DNA of 64,000 nt from Eledone cirrhosa (lineage: Eukaryota): the NCBI GenBank assembly GCA_964016885.1, contig OZ024743.1, positions 258,974,001 through 259,038,000 of the forward strand. The letters are read 5' to 3'. Each line of letters starts with the position of its first letter. Within the stretch, counting starts at the first letter, position 1. A program made the position numbers and the translations under genes. Shown here piece by piece: positions 34,544 through 48,496 of this stretch. The notes beneath the pieces were generated by a model. The model was not told the origin of the DNA. It did not search any database and saw only the letters and a program-made list of their open reading frames with translations.

Positions 34544-37500
34544 CACAATATGAGAAGGCTGGTCCTTTGAATTACAGGTACAACCCATGTTTGCCAGCTG
34601 AGTGGACTGGAGAAACGTGAAACAGAGTGTCTTGCTCAAGGACACAACGCGCCATCAAGAAATTTGAACGATCATGAGCTAAATACCATAACCACTAAGC
34701 CACAAGATTTCTCGTAGTAAACACACACATCCACACACACACGCACACGCACACACACACACACACACATATATATAAACATATAAATATATATATAATT
34801 GCTATCATTTGCAAGTAGCAAGTACTGCAAAATAAGCGGTATGCCACTGTTGCATGAACTACTACTCGTAGTAAACAATTAGGAATTATTATCGAATTCA
34901 TTCCGGGAAGCGCTTATCAGGGTCCCCTTGTATTCTTAATACATTCATCAATCCAAGGTCCCTCTATTCTTATTGAGTCGTAAGAACGCCATAGTGATAC
35001 ATTGGTATCTAAATTTGGAGGAGTCCATCCTTTTCCAGGTCTGAGCACAACCGATTTCTTCCTGAGAATGAGATCAAGAGAAAGAAGTGACAAAGAGATA
35101 TAGATGAAGATTTGCTCCCAGTACCACATTGGTTCATTATTTATCGATTTCAAAAGCATGAAAGGCAAAGTTGGCTATGGCGGGATTTGAACTCAGAGCG
35201 CAGAGAACTGGAACGAATAATGACTCTGCCACTTTGCCGCCTATATATTCTGATAATAGATTTTAATAAACAAGTATTCCTTTATCTCATGAATAATTAG
35301 CCCCTTTGATAACAGACCACCTGCAACCGCTCCCGGTTGTATGATACAAAACTATTTTTTTTTAAGTGTTTATATTTATCTACAACCCTTGCAACATAAT
35401 TTTAGGTAAAAACCTTTGTTACGTTCCAAACACCAGTTAAACAATGAGAAATTTATTTATATTATTAAACACTTCTAAATTATTTATTATTTTCAAAATT
35501 ATTTGAAAATCATAGGCAGAACTTTTTCACTAGAAATATGGTATCTATTATGATACTTGTGAGAATACGGTACTATCTTTCTTGTATCTTTAATAATGAA
35601 TACATGATTTACTAATTTCAAAAACGATATCATAGATCTAACAATATCTAATCTCCTTTCATGTAAGTTACAAATCATTATAGTAGCCAAAATTGCATCT
35701 TAAAGGTAAAGATTCCTCCCCAGGCTTAGAAAATAGGTTAGCTCTGACCAGTTGTTATGTCCTACAGTGTACAAAAGCCACTCTCATTAGAGTATTGCTC
35801 GCCTATCTGAAAACAAATTTAGATCGTATATAAGGAAAAATTAACATCCAAATGGTTGTGAAAGTTTCGCCCACTTAATTTAAAACTTTCGAATCTCCAA
35901 CATGCTATATCTTCACTATGTATCTAATATCATTTTACACCACTTATTGTCCAAATGAACTAGCAAGCAGTGGATATGCGACGCATTTGTCTTGTAAATC
36001 AGTAAGTTAATTAGTTATGGCGATGGATTATATCTCTCTGCGTTACCAAATAATAGTTAAGTATCTTTAGCACTTTATCATAGATAAAAACATAATGAAA
36101 AAAAAAAAAAAGCAAACAGTGGTGGGGATAGAATACGAACTAATACTCTTCCTGATAGTTGTCTGATTTCTCATTAGCTGATCTATTCACAGTTTCCAAT
36201 CGAAGATTAGGTCCTTGTTAATGTGTTACCCTTACTTTATCTATTGGACATAGGCGAGACTGTGTGGGCAAGAAATTAGGTAGATAGATTGTAACTGTAG
36301 TTTTTAAAAATGACCAGATTTCTCACATACTATTTCATACTTATTCTGTTCTAGAACTACGTTAATTTATTGAATATGATGTTCAGTTGATCGAACACTT
36401 GAATGCTCATCGTCGAAACCGACGGAAGAAACATGGTAAAATGTCTGCAAGTAAAGGCATTGGCCCGCAGAATTGGCAGGGTTGTGGACAAATGACTAGC
36501 GATATTTAGTTATGTCCCTTTAAGTTTTGAATGCCAGTTAAGAACTGAGGTTCGATTTAATCAACCGTTCTTTTCACAAAGTTGTGGTTTTCAGCTTATC
36601 TTAGAAATGCATTATTTTATCTACTTTGTATAATTATTTCTAATTTCTAATTTATTTGAACTAAGCTTAAGGGCGTCTCATTTCTGGGAAAGAATCTTGA
36701 GCATGAAATTGAGAAAAGATAACATGCAATTTTTATGGTTCCCCTATAAAATGCTTGACATTTTCAAGTTTCTTATGACTGATAAAAAATTGCCTGCTAC
36801 TTATATCATTTCCTTGATTGTAACGAAGTTCAAACTAAAAACATCACTGATAAGCTGCAAATTATTATTTACCTGAGCTGGAAATAAAAAGAAAAATCAC
36901 TTATAACAACGCTTTTATATCTTTTCGAGATAACAGACATATTTTAGCGTTTCTATTTTATCAGATTTAGCTTTTTAAGTTGAGCTTTTGTTTCTGTGAT
37001 ATATTATTTTAGCTTTAGTTAACGAGGCATAGGCATTGATTTAAAATTGCTTTTCATTATATGTACGAATGTGATTGAAGGCGGTAAATTGGCAAAATCA
37101 TTAGAATGACGGATAGAATGTTTTGTGGTATTCGATCTGGCACTCTGCGCCCTGAGTTCAAATCCCGCTGACATCAACTTTGTCTTTCATCCTTTTGAGG
37201 TTGATAAATAAAGAGTCAGTACAGTACTGGTGTCAGTACCATCTCTGAAAGAAATCGCTTGTGCTGGAGAGAGATGAGATCCGCCATTTTAATTTCATAT
37301 GCAGGCTGTTTGAACATCTAGAATACTTGCCAAAAAAGGTACAATAGCAGCAACAGCAACATTAACAACAACAACAACAACAACAGCAGTAACAATAGCA
37401 ATAATAATCACCACCACAGCAACAACAAAAAAAAACAACTATTTTGAGACACCAACCTGTTGTCTACGCCGTGAATATTGGAGCTTCGTCAGTTACGACG

Positions 37501-38958
37501 AGTGTTCTAACAACGGAACAGTCTGCACATGGAATTAACGTGCAAGTGGTTGAGCATTTCACAGACACGTGTATTATTAACATAGTTTTCAGGGATATTC
37601 AGTAAATGAAACTGTGGTTCGATAAAAGCAGATTGATAGAACAAGTACTGGAGTCAATATGATCAACAAACAAAATCACTCGAAAGAGGTACTCCAGACT
37701 GACCACAATCCAACGACTGAAACCCATTAAAAGAGTAAAAGATTTGAAATATCTTACAACTTTCCTTTGTGACATCTTATGTAATGTTGGTTTTGTTCTG
37801 GTGAGATCCGTAACACACTGACATGTCATTGGAAAATATCTCAGTAATTAACATCATGTAATAGCGTGATTTACAAATAATATTAATATCATATAGAATA
37901 CAAAAATGTCAAAAGGAAGATAAAAAAGTTAAAAGAAATCAAAAAGAGGGGATATGAAAAGGGCAGACTCTTCACTCTGGACTTGACGGTATATCTCAGC
38001 TGCGCATCCTGGAGGTGTTGGCGAAAACATTGTCGAAAACAACAGCCAGTAATACCTACTGGATCAGCCATGCCACCCTACAGGACTCATTTCTTGGAGC
38101 GAATTGAACTTGTTACTAAAACGTATGAAATATATATTAGTTTTACAGTAAAACAAAAGTAAATTTGATTTGCTTTCGTCAAGATAGACCACTATATATA
38201 TAGCTCAGTAGAATGAGCCATTGGAAGATATGTATCTCCAATAGACTATATGGAATACTAACCTTTCAGTTGATAAGCACCTCATTTATATGATCAAATG
38301 TTATCTGTTCATGTCCATCCAAACAGATTCCTCGATTTAAGGAGGCTGTAGGTGTATAGCGAGAGATGCATTTCCTCTGCCATCGGCTGACATCATGTTT
38401 TCCACCATCTTCCTTCTTGTCTATTCTTTGGTGTTGCTCGATCACCTCCATAGTGGTTTTCAGATTCTTTTTTAATGAAGTTTTGTCTGTATACGACTAT
38501 ACTGGTTAAAGGTATGGTGAAATTATCATAGGTATGGTGAAATGATCAAACCACACGATTCCTCTTCCTTTTAATAATTGAAAGAAGTTTTGTTGTTTGT
38601 AGTCTTCCCAACAATTTCTTTCCTAACACTCGTTAGTTTGACATTTTATATGTAGAATGTGAAACACCTTTCTACAACAGTTCCTGTCAAATGCCTCAAT
38701 CACATTCTCTTTAGTTGTACACACATAAGGTCCCTGGGAAAATACGTTTGCTCTTAAGAAACACATTTTGTTGTTATTGTAATATTTTCGGTTTGTGGAG
38801 GAAGACCTGGAAGACATGGGCCTGGCCAGAGAGCAAGCCAGTGACAGGGCATACAACCGTATTGGATGGAAATCTCGCGTCGCTCTATGTTACATTGAAT
38901 GCAAAAAATGCTGAGATATCTAAATCAAGATGTACATAATTCTTCTTTTGTGTTTCAG

Positions 38959-39092
38959 TGATTTATGCTAGCCCACTGTATGAATTCGGTCGTACTGTAA
39001 ACGATAAGGAAGTAAAACACTCCGAATCTGATTCTGTTATTGAATTGCCACACAATATCTATTTTGCCGGGATGCAATATAAAACATTACAT
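38959..39092 (+). CDS. mesh: mesh/SUSD2-like exon 2 (pre-NIDO region)
   Basis: TTTCAG|..IYASPLYEFGRTVNDKEVKHSESDSVIELPHNIYFAGMQYKTLH|GTAAGT; LYxFG motif typical of NIDO-protein N-termini; phase 1 to 0. Confidence 0.85.
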
Positions 39093-39639
39093 GTAAGTAG
39101 AAAATCTTGTCAGTCTTCATTGAAAGAAATCAATGTTGCTGTATTTACCTTGTTATCTCTCCTACCTACACTTATATACATAGTGTCTCTTTATTATGAG
39201 GGACAAAGCTGAACTGGCTGAAAGAACTGAAGACACGGCCAGGCCTTCATGGATTCTTTCAAATTTCACTTGGAAAGGAAGATTACAGAGGAGTAGGAAG
39301 TGCTCTACCTCACTAGTATATTTGTTAAAGGGTGGGTACATTTTGTGAGAATGGTCTCTAAGGCAGGAGCCTATAGGCTGAAAGGAAAGAGGAGTGAGGG
39401 GTACTTGCCTACGATTCATTTGGGGATCCTGATGATCTTGGATATTATGAGTTCCTTAAATATCCCTGGGGATTCATCACCTCTCTTGGGGAATTCTGTT
39501 ATTGAATCATGTTTACTTTCTTACCTATCCTATTTTCTGTCTACTAGTTTTATGTAAATTCCCACCGACCATGTTTACTTGTCCGGTACTTAATATTTTC
39601 GGCCGAAGTGGCCAAGAAAGAAATAATTATTATTCGCTC

Positions 39640-39950
39640 GTTGTACAGTATTTGTTACTGGTGATATAATTCTGGTGCTAGCTGTCACAACCAGTGAACT
39701 GGGGTGGTACCTTCAACTGTCAAGCACTTTTCTGAGTATTCTAGCAGTTCCAAGGAGTGTTGTTTTGTGTAAGGACCTTGTGTTTAACATAATTTGTCCC
39801 CATGGCTTGCTCCTGTGCTGCACAAATTAAAGCTTCTCTCGTCTCTGTTCTATGTAATGACTCTCGAGCTACTACTATACACACTGGAGACGTTGAGAGG
39901 TATCCCACATGAACGAGGATATGGAAGATCCGTGTCAGCATACGCCGCCT
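39640..39950 (-). mobile_element. Internally deleted R4/Dong-like LINE 3' fragment
   Basis: Minus strand: ETREALICAAQEQAMGTNYVKHK joined directly to LHKTTLLGTARILRKVLDS*. Confidence 0.7.
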
Positions 39951-40446
39951 ATGTCACTGTTGAGCAGCAAACATTGAATTGATTGGCACCGCATTCGGGA
40001 ATACGAAGCGATAACAGGAGCAATAATTAACCAGGGAAAGTCGGTGGGCCGGCGTCTCGGTACATGGAGAGGTAAGTCGATGCCGCCAATAACGTTATTG
40101 ACATGCTGCGCATAGCAGCCGATTGCTAAAGAAACCTTAACAAGAGGAGTGGGGATTACGGAAAAAGATGCAACGTCATCGGTCTTTGTAAGCTTTCCTA
40201 TTACCTATGGTGGTTAATTTCGCTAAATGTGAGAGCCTTTACGTGCTCACTAGACATAGTAGTAACAGTAGCCACATCTCTCTTAAATTCCACCCCACCA
40301 TCTTAAACAAGACAAACTATGTAGCAGTATTAAGTTCCATTCTTCTATTCTTCTATTCTTCTTCATGAATATAATTATCAAGAAAAACTAATCAGCAATA
40401 CATATCGCTGTCATTTCTCTTTCGTTGTCTGTTTTCTTTTTCTCTA

Positions 40447-40574
<128 letters not shown>

Positions 40575-40577
40575 CTG

Positions 40578-43500
40578 GGATGGACACATGTGTTAAACTT
40601 GCTCGGTAAGTTTTGTTTAAATTTATTTAAAAATTCGTCATTATGAACTTTTATTTTTATACCAATTTGTAGAGGGTCTGACAGGTCAAATTTTGATCTG
40701 GTCAGTCTCCCAAAATATCATGCCTCTCAGGGCAAAAACATCCAGCATATTTTCGAAAACCTTTTGCAAAACACTTCAATTTAAAAAAAAAATGGCCGAA
40801 GCAAAGGCATTTTCTTTCTTGTCAATACAAGAAGATGGGAAGGGAAAGCCATGCCTGCTTGACCAGCAGATAGCAGCACTCAATATTTAGAAGAGGAACA
40901 AGCTTCAGTTGCTTGTAAGCAACTGAACACGCCCGACTCCACAAACGTCACATGTATCCACACACAGAAGGAAGAATGTGTAGCAAATACTTACACCGCA
41001 ACAACAACAACAACACAATAAATGAGAACAACAACAACAACAACAATACAACAAAAGGAATCAGCGACAACACAACCAATGAGACCATCATCACCACCAC
41101 CACCAACAACAATAACAAAATTTCATTTGCAGCAACCGTTGCTAAGCAACAGGATTTTAAATGTTACCCCATGGACATTTCGCAAAAGTCCCAATATTTG
41201 GAAGAAGCTTCCAACTATGTGACGTTTGAGGGAGACACCCCACACATACAGTAACCCCTACAAATAAGAGAGATGACACAAAAAAAGAAACTGATCTACA
41301 GAACAGTTGACATTACTACAAAAAAACCCGTAACACTTCCAACAACACTATTTAAGCTGCATTAAAATACATCATACCAGACGTGGCATACCTCCAAAGA
41401 GCCAAACAGTATGGAAGTGTATCAGTGCTCTTTAAGAGCGAAATTCTGGCTTAAAAACATTCAGTGCACCCAATAAAAACGGGTCAACACATCTTTCCCA
41501 CATACATGGGAAGAAGATCCTACAAAATAAAAATAACCAGAATCCCAGCAGAGGTCAACATATGGTGGATCCTACGCTGCATCCGGAAGAAGGGTGAGGA
41601 CATCCTCCTCTCTGTAGACAGGACAGACCGGAATAACTGGTTTGGAACCTGCATCGAGGTTCGGGTAAAAATGAAGCCAGATAGAGTAGAACAAATCCCA
41701 AACAAAATCATCCTCGAAGAAGATGTTATCTCCATTTTAGTGGAGGGGAAAAGACCCCAGTGCCATAAGTGTGGGAAAACCACACACTTAAAGGCCCTTT
41801 GCCTTCTCTTAAACAAACCAAGGACAAACAAGGTGCTACTACCAACACCAAAACCCCAACATCAACACCCCAAACCAAACACAACACAAACACTTGCAAC
41901 ATCCACTCCCACACCACCACAGACCAGAGACAACCACACACAACATCCCATTGAAAAGCCCTCCCTTGCCTCCTCCCTCTCGGTCAAAGACTTCCACAAA
42001 CACTCCACCACACAACATACCCCTCCTACCTACCCCTGATTCAGAAGTCTCAGACACGGGAACCTCTACATCTCCCAGTGAGGATGAAGAAGAACCCCCA
42101 AAATCCAAAAAAACAAAAAAAGAGACAAAAAAACAAACAAAACAGAAAAGCAAAAACATCTACAGAAAACACGCACACACCTCACTCCACCATAAACATA
42201 CCGCCACAAACGACAAACACACAACAACACAATAACCACCAACACAACCAAACACTTCACCAACAAAACAAACACCCACACCACCACAATCACAACCCCA
42301 ACCACAAAAAGAAAACTACAAACAGAAACAGTACACATAAAAAACAAACACATTACACATACATAAAAACAACAAACAAAGAACTGGTAGAAACTGTCTG
42401 AAAGGACCCCACTATCCAAACGGAAGGGAAAACCTTCCCCACCAACGACCCACCCCCAAACGTTAAACTAATCAGGGTAACAACCCTACAACATGAAACA
42501 TTAAAAGGGAACTTCCCACAAGATGTGGGCTCCCCTTGCCCCAAACCCCTTAACCTCCTCAAACACCCCCAATCTGAACATGGAAATCGATCAACCCGAC
42601 CTCCAGGAAACTAATAGGTAAGTGTTCCTGCCCTTTCTCTCCCTAACTCTTCTCCAGCAACATGGCCACTATACAAGTTGGATGTTTGAATGGGCATGCC
42701 CTGGAAACAGGGCCAGTTTTTAAATGATCTCAGGTCACATTGAATGATAGCCATCACCGAGTCCAGGATTCACGACAAGCAGCAGCAAACCCCCATGTTC
42801 GATAATTTTGAGATCTACGCATCTCTCTGTCAACCAGGAGGTGGAGGGCGAGTTGCTGTTCTGTTTCGAAAAAACCTGGATCTCAAAGTACAAACGATTC
42901 ACTTGGACCCGGAGGGCAGCCTGGTAGTCCTGGACGTGAATGGTAGTGAAGCTGGAGCTTTCAGACTGGTGGCCGTATATGCCCCGACTGGGACATCACG
43001 ACCAGAGTTCTTCAAGCCTCTGGAGCCATTCCTGGGAACGTCTCGCTCTTTAGTGTTAGCCGGGGACTGGAATGGCATCTTAGACGCACATTGGGACTAC
43101 GTAGGAGCTTGTGATAATAGAGGGGGGTGTAATAGTCTCAAAAATCTCATCAGCCAATTACAACTGGCTGATAGATATCGACTAGACTTCCCAAGTGCAC
43201 GATTGTGGACGTGGAGTTCGCATTTAGATAGATTTCTAATTAGGCAGAATGATAAGGAAACATTAAGCTGTCCACAAATGCACATGGTTGCCTATTCAGA
43301 CCACAAATTAGTCACCTGCATAGTAAACCTTAATAGAACACATAGACAGGGACCCGGATGCTGGAAGCTAAACATGTCGCTCCAGGTGCGTAAGACCTAC
43401 AGTAAACGGATTAGCACCTTAGTTAAGAGCCAGTTGACGGGGGCCATCGTCAACAACATGTGGTGGAGCTCTCTCAAGAGAGTAATTTGAATAGAATCGA

Positions 43501-46230
43501 GAGCATTTAGCAAGGAAGTAGCTTTAGAAAAGAACAAAACTGAAAAGGAACTGGTAGCTAAAGTAGAAGAGGCACTTAGGAATGGCAGTACAGCCGACAA
43601 GCTAGCGGCGAGAACGGCACTAGACCAGTTCTTCAACGAAGGTTGTATTGTCAGAAGTAGAACACGTGCTCTAAGAAACGATGGCCCAAAGCTGTTAGCT
43701 GGGCCCTAGTGGCAGAGGCGAAAAGTGGTAACAAATCCACAATTCGGTCTTTGCAAGACAAAGATGGACACATTCTACTTGAATCCAAGCAGATGTGCAC
43801 GGCCTTTCAGCAGTATTTTGCAGAACTGTTCGGGCAAAGCGGTACGTCGAGCGAGGTGATGGACTTCAGTTCCTATCCGACGGCATACTACGTCTCTCGA
43901 ACACGGATGCTGAGAGCTGCGAAAGGCCGATCACAGCGGGCGAAATAGAAGATGCCCTAGGCCGCTGTGGGAAACGCAAATCACCCGGTTTAGATGGTCT
44001 ACCCTATGAGTTTTACATAGGCATGCCGGACTTGTTCTCTGGCGTCCTCGAAGCGGTCTACTGCAACTGGCAGCAGAACGGGAGGATTCCCAGTTCTGTA
44101 GGCAGAGGCTTAGTAATGCTGATCAGGAAAGATGAGAACAAGGGGGATGAGATAAGGAATTTCAGGCCCATGCTCAACACAGCGTTAAAGATTTTGGCCA
44201 AGTTGTTAGCAACGAGGTTGGCACTTGTTGTCGAGAACCTGGTAGGGGAAGCGCAAATGTGTGCAATCCCGACAGGTCCATACACGACAACCTCCACCTC
44301 ATGCGATACATCATAGAGAGGGTAGGGTGTAAACCTGGCTTCGGTGGGGCTCTGATCAATTTAGATCAGTCTAAGGTATTTGATAGGGTCGACCATCAAT
44401 ACCTGGAAGCAGTTTTCAAGGCGGCCGGATTCGGTCCCGTCTTCAGAAGCTGGATCGCTGCCATGCACACCAGCATCTGCTTGGCAGTCAAGGTGAATGG
44501 CTACCTATCGGGGCCATTTCAAATCATGCGTTCCATCCGTCAGGGATGCCCTCTCTCCTCTATTCTGTATGTACTGACTTTCGAGCCATTACTGCGGAAG
44601 TTGGAGCTGTTGCAGGGCATCCCGATCGAACCAGGACTGCGGAAAGCGGCGTCGGCCTATGCCGACGACGTAATCGTGATGGTGTGGAAAACCTCGGAAA
44701 TCAGGGTAATCGGCAACCTATTACAGGAATACGAAACGTTGACAGGAGCAAGACTAAACCTAAACAACTTTGTCGGTTTGTAACTCGGCACATGGAGAAG
44801 TAAACCCATGCCTTCCGACAGTGTCGTTGGAAGCTGGACGGAAGGACCGGTGAAATTGCTCGGGGTCTGGTTTGGTCCAGATCTCCAGGTGGACAAGCAC
44901 TGGAACGAGGTCACAGCGAAGGTGTTTGCACTCACTCAGAAATGGACTGAGTGCAATCTCTCATTGAAAGGTCGAGCGGAGGTGGCGAACACTTACATAG
45001 CGTCCATCATCTACTACCGCTTGACAGTCGTGCCTTGGGCCCGCGAATACCTCACCAAAATGGAACGCCTACTCTTCAAGTTCCTCTGGAAGAAACAGGC
45101 TCCATTGGTGAGGAGATCCATCTGCTGTCAACACCCTTCTAACGGAGGGCTGAGCATACCGAGTCTGATGATGCGCAAACACGCGCTGAGTCAACGCCAT
45201 CTCCAGGTATTCCTGACCGGCGAACCGGTGTGGCTGTCGTTTGTGAGACGAGCTCTTCCACAACTCGTCTCACTAACAGAGATGCAGTCCTGGGTCAAGC
45301 GAAGACCAAAAATGGGCGCCTGGCACATTGAATGCGCTCAGGCGCCCACCGTCCTCTGTCAAGCGGGTACAACAATAAGTGGTGACTCCACTTCGACATT
45401 CTATAGAGGGATAATACGTTACAAGTGCGACGACGTGCTTACCAATCTGTTCGGTAGGACTTTCCGCCAGGGACCTATGGACAACTACCAAAGGTCCCTG
45501 GCCTGGCAGTGCTACCGAGGAGCTCTATAAGTACGAGACAAGATCTACAGGCGCGGACTCCCCGGCAGGGATCCTACCAAGAGGACGTGTCCAAGATGCG
45601 AGCAGGACATTGAAACCGTCCTGCACGCAATTGTACACTGCCCGGGCGTAGCCGACCTGTGGAACTACGCGGAACAACTGCTGTCGCGTATGGGACAAAT
45701 CCAGTTGATTGCTGAGTCCATAGTAAGGATCAAACCACCACCTTCTTTAAAAAACGAAAGAGAGGCGGTTTTCCTCTGTATAGTGGCTAAGGTAAAAGAG
45801 GTTATATGGTGGACGAGATTGAGAGGAGTGAGGACAGATGCCTTTCTCTCCGGACAACAACTCATTCCCTTCTTTAGGTACCACTTTAGAAGGAGAATCA
45901 GTGTGGAGAGAGAGGTACTGCACCCCAGTAAATTTACTGAAAGGTGGGTGAATGTGGCAAAAATGGCCCGAGTGATTAGGCCTTCTCTGTATATAAACCT
46001 GTAGGTTGAAGAAGAGAGCAAAAGGAAGAAAGGAGCAGTTGCACAATATTCTCCTGAAGTTGAAGGTTGTTCTATCTACGGGGTATAAAACAACCCATTT
46101 GTAACGCCTAAAGGGGATTTCGATTGTTGAATTTGTTAAAAATTTTTTTTACACGATTGTATGTAAAATCCCAGGCATATGTCCTTGTATTATCCCCTTT
46201 TCTTGTGCGCCCCTGTGGCAAATAAAGAAA
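40578..46230 (+). mobile_element. Near full-length, decayed Tx1/L1-clade LINE in intron 2
   Basis: ORF1 from about 40792 with CCHC knuckle CHKCGKTTHLKALC; ORF2 from ATG 42662 with APE motifs (GDWN, LDRF, SDH), RT motifs (SPGLDGLPYEFY, QGCPLS, YADD) and C-terminal CPRC..ETVLHAIVHC; AATAAA at the 3' end; several stops and frameshifts. Confidence 0.93.
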
Positions 46231-46551
46231 TATATCTATATCTCTGTCTGTCTGCTTGCCTGTCTCTCTCTCCCTCTCTCTCTCTCCCTCTCTCTCTTTG
46301 TATCGATCTATCTGTATGTCTGCAGTGAATGTATGTTTGAATATGTTTATGCATGTATCCTTTGTATAAATCTTGTCAATGCAAATAAGTGTATATTTGT
46401 GCATGCATTTAAATAGATATACACACGTGGTCACATATATATATGTGCGGATATATGTATGTATGTATATATATATATGTATATGTATGTGTGTGTATAT
46501 GTGTGTGTATGTGTGTGTATATTTGTATATGTGTGCACGCGAATATGTATG

Positions 46552-46645
<94 letters not shown>

Positions 46646-46768
46646 TATATATGTATATATATATATATGTATATATGTGTGTGTGCATGTGCGGGCGGGC
46701 GCATTGTGTATGTTTATGTCACTTATTTCTAGTATTATAATGTCTATTGCTTCTCATTCTATGGACAG

Positions 46769-47092
46769 GTTTCACCATTTGGAAGTTTAGGGTTCCAAAT
46801 GCAGGGCTTCAAATTAGTCGACTGGGATGCTCCAAGAATTTATGATGTCAAAGATCCCCCCTTTATCGCCCCTCTGTATTTCGAATCAGCATTCTCTGCC
46901 CAACAAGTCAGTCAAAAGAACGAAGGTATATTCTATCGAAAAACCTCAGATCCTAAACTTATGAACAATGTTACCAATATCATCCAGCAATCTATGGTCG
47001 GAGCCAAATTCTTCAACTCAACTGTTGTTGTCATAGTAACATGGGTAGGTCTGTTGAGCCGAACTGATTTTCAGCAGAAAATTATGAATCAA
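46769..47092 (+). CDS. mesh: mesh/SUSD2-like exon 3 (NIDO)
   Basis: ACAG|VSPFGSLGF..DPPFIAPLY..IFYR..VVIVTW..MNQ|GTAAGT; 324 nt, phase 0 to 0. Confidence 0.92.
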
Positions 47093-47675
47093 GTAAGTTA
47101 GGTTTTACATTAATTACTCATTATTGGATTTGAAATTTGACAGGAAATGAATTATAATTGATAAATATAATTAATAAATATAGCCATTTTCAAATGTTAA
47201 CGTTGTGTTCACAACGACGTCCATGACGTATATTTGGGAAATGATGGGATCATTAGTCGCTTTAAACGATGAGCATTTCACTGCCGAATTAATGCTTATG
47301 TGGTTGAGTATTCCGCAGACATACCCTTAACGTAATTCTCAGGCAGAATCAACAAAATATGTGACAAAACTGGATCTTTGAATTACAGGTACAATTCATC
47401 AGATGGGCTTCCATGCATTCTCTGTCTACATATTTTCACTCACAAGTCTTCGGTGGATCCGTTGCTATGGTAAAGACACTTGCCCAATATGTCACACAAT
47501 GCGATCAAACCCATGATCTCATGATTTGAGTGATACTCAAATCATGACTATGCATGATATTTTCAATGCTCAAATCTGATAATTATGATATAGATCCATA
47601 TCGAAGGAAATATTTCGATTTAAACTTTCTTTCTCCCGCTTTTCTCTTTTTTCTCTCTTCTTTTCATTATTTGTA

Positions 47676-47863
47676 GGGCGGTGGATTGGCGGTATCGGTA
47701 GAGGGTCGGACGCCATGCTTTGAAGCATAGAGTTACCTCCCTTTATGATCTGAGTTCAAATGCCGCCGAGGTTAACTTTGCCTTTCATCCTTACAGGGTC
47801 GATAAAATAAAGTACCTGTAATACACTGGGATAATTGCTGGCCTTGTGCCAAAAGTAGAAACA
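47676..47863 (+). mobile_element. Full-length young family A SINE
   Basis: A box TGGCGGTATCGG, B box GAGTTCAAATGC; TSD ATTATTTGTA on both sides; further copies at about 47925-48140, 48767-48975, 50751-50965, 63420-63630. Confidence 0.9.
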
Positions 47864-48400
47864 ATTATTTGTATACTTCTGTTTACTAATAAAATTAATC
47901 TTTCCGTTATTCCTCCTATCAAATGCGGTGGATTGGCAGTATCGGTAGAGCGTCAGACAATATGCTTTGTGGTATATAGTTACGGCTTTTTATCTTCTGA
48001 GTACAAATCTCGCCATGGTTAGCTTTGCTTTTCTTAGGGGGTTGATAATGTAAAGTAAAGTACCAGTAACGCACAGGGATGATTTAATCGACTTTCTCTT
48101 CAATTCAAATTGCTGGCAATGTGCCAAAAGCAGAAACAATTATTTCTCCTATCATGCTAACAACAATTGCTGTGATTGGGATTGTCATTTGCGAGACTAG
48201 AGAGGTTGGCGGAATTGCTAAAGACTCGGACAGGATGCTTTGCTGCAATTGATTCAGCTTTGCGTATTGTGAGTTCAAATCCCACTTTCTTCTGCGAGAA
48301 GTTATGATTGGCATAATTGTTTCATCTCAAAGTGTACTTTAATTAGAGTGCAGATTAAGCAATATTCAATTTAATATAATTATTATTTTTAATTATCTAG

Positions 48401-48496
48401 ATCAACACATTCCAATTAGTTATTGCAGCAAATGAACATGAAACCTATGCTATGTTCAATTATGAAACCATTCACCCAAAGAAAGATTTCTATCAT
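48401..48496 (+). CDS. mesh: mesh/SUSD2-like exon 4 (NIDO)
   Basis: CTAG|INTFQLVIAANEHETYAMFNYETIHPKKDFYH|GTAAGT; NTFQ and FNY hallmarks of NIDO; missed by the ORF track. Confidence 0.93.

Noticed and set aside
38250-38500. Possible GIY-YIG remnant on - (GHEQITFDHINEVL)
   Set aside because: Similarity too weak to support without an HMM search
47676-47770. tRNA gene-like A and B boxes
   Set aside because: No cloverleaf; these are SINE heads
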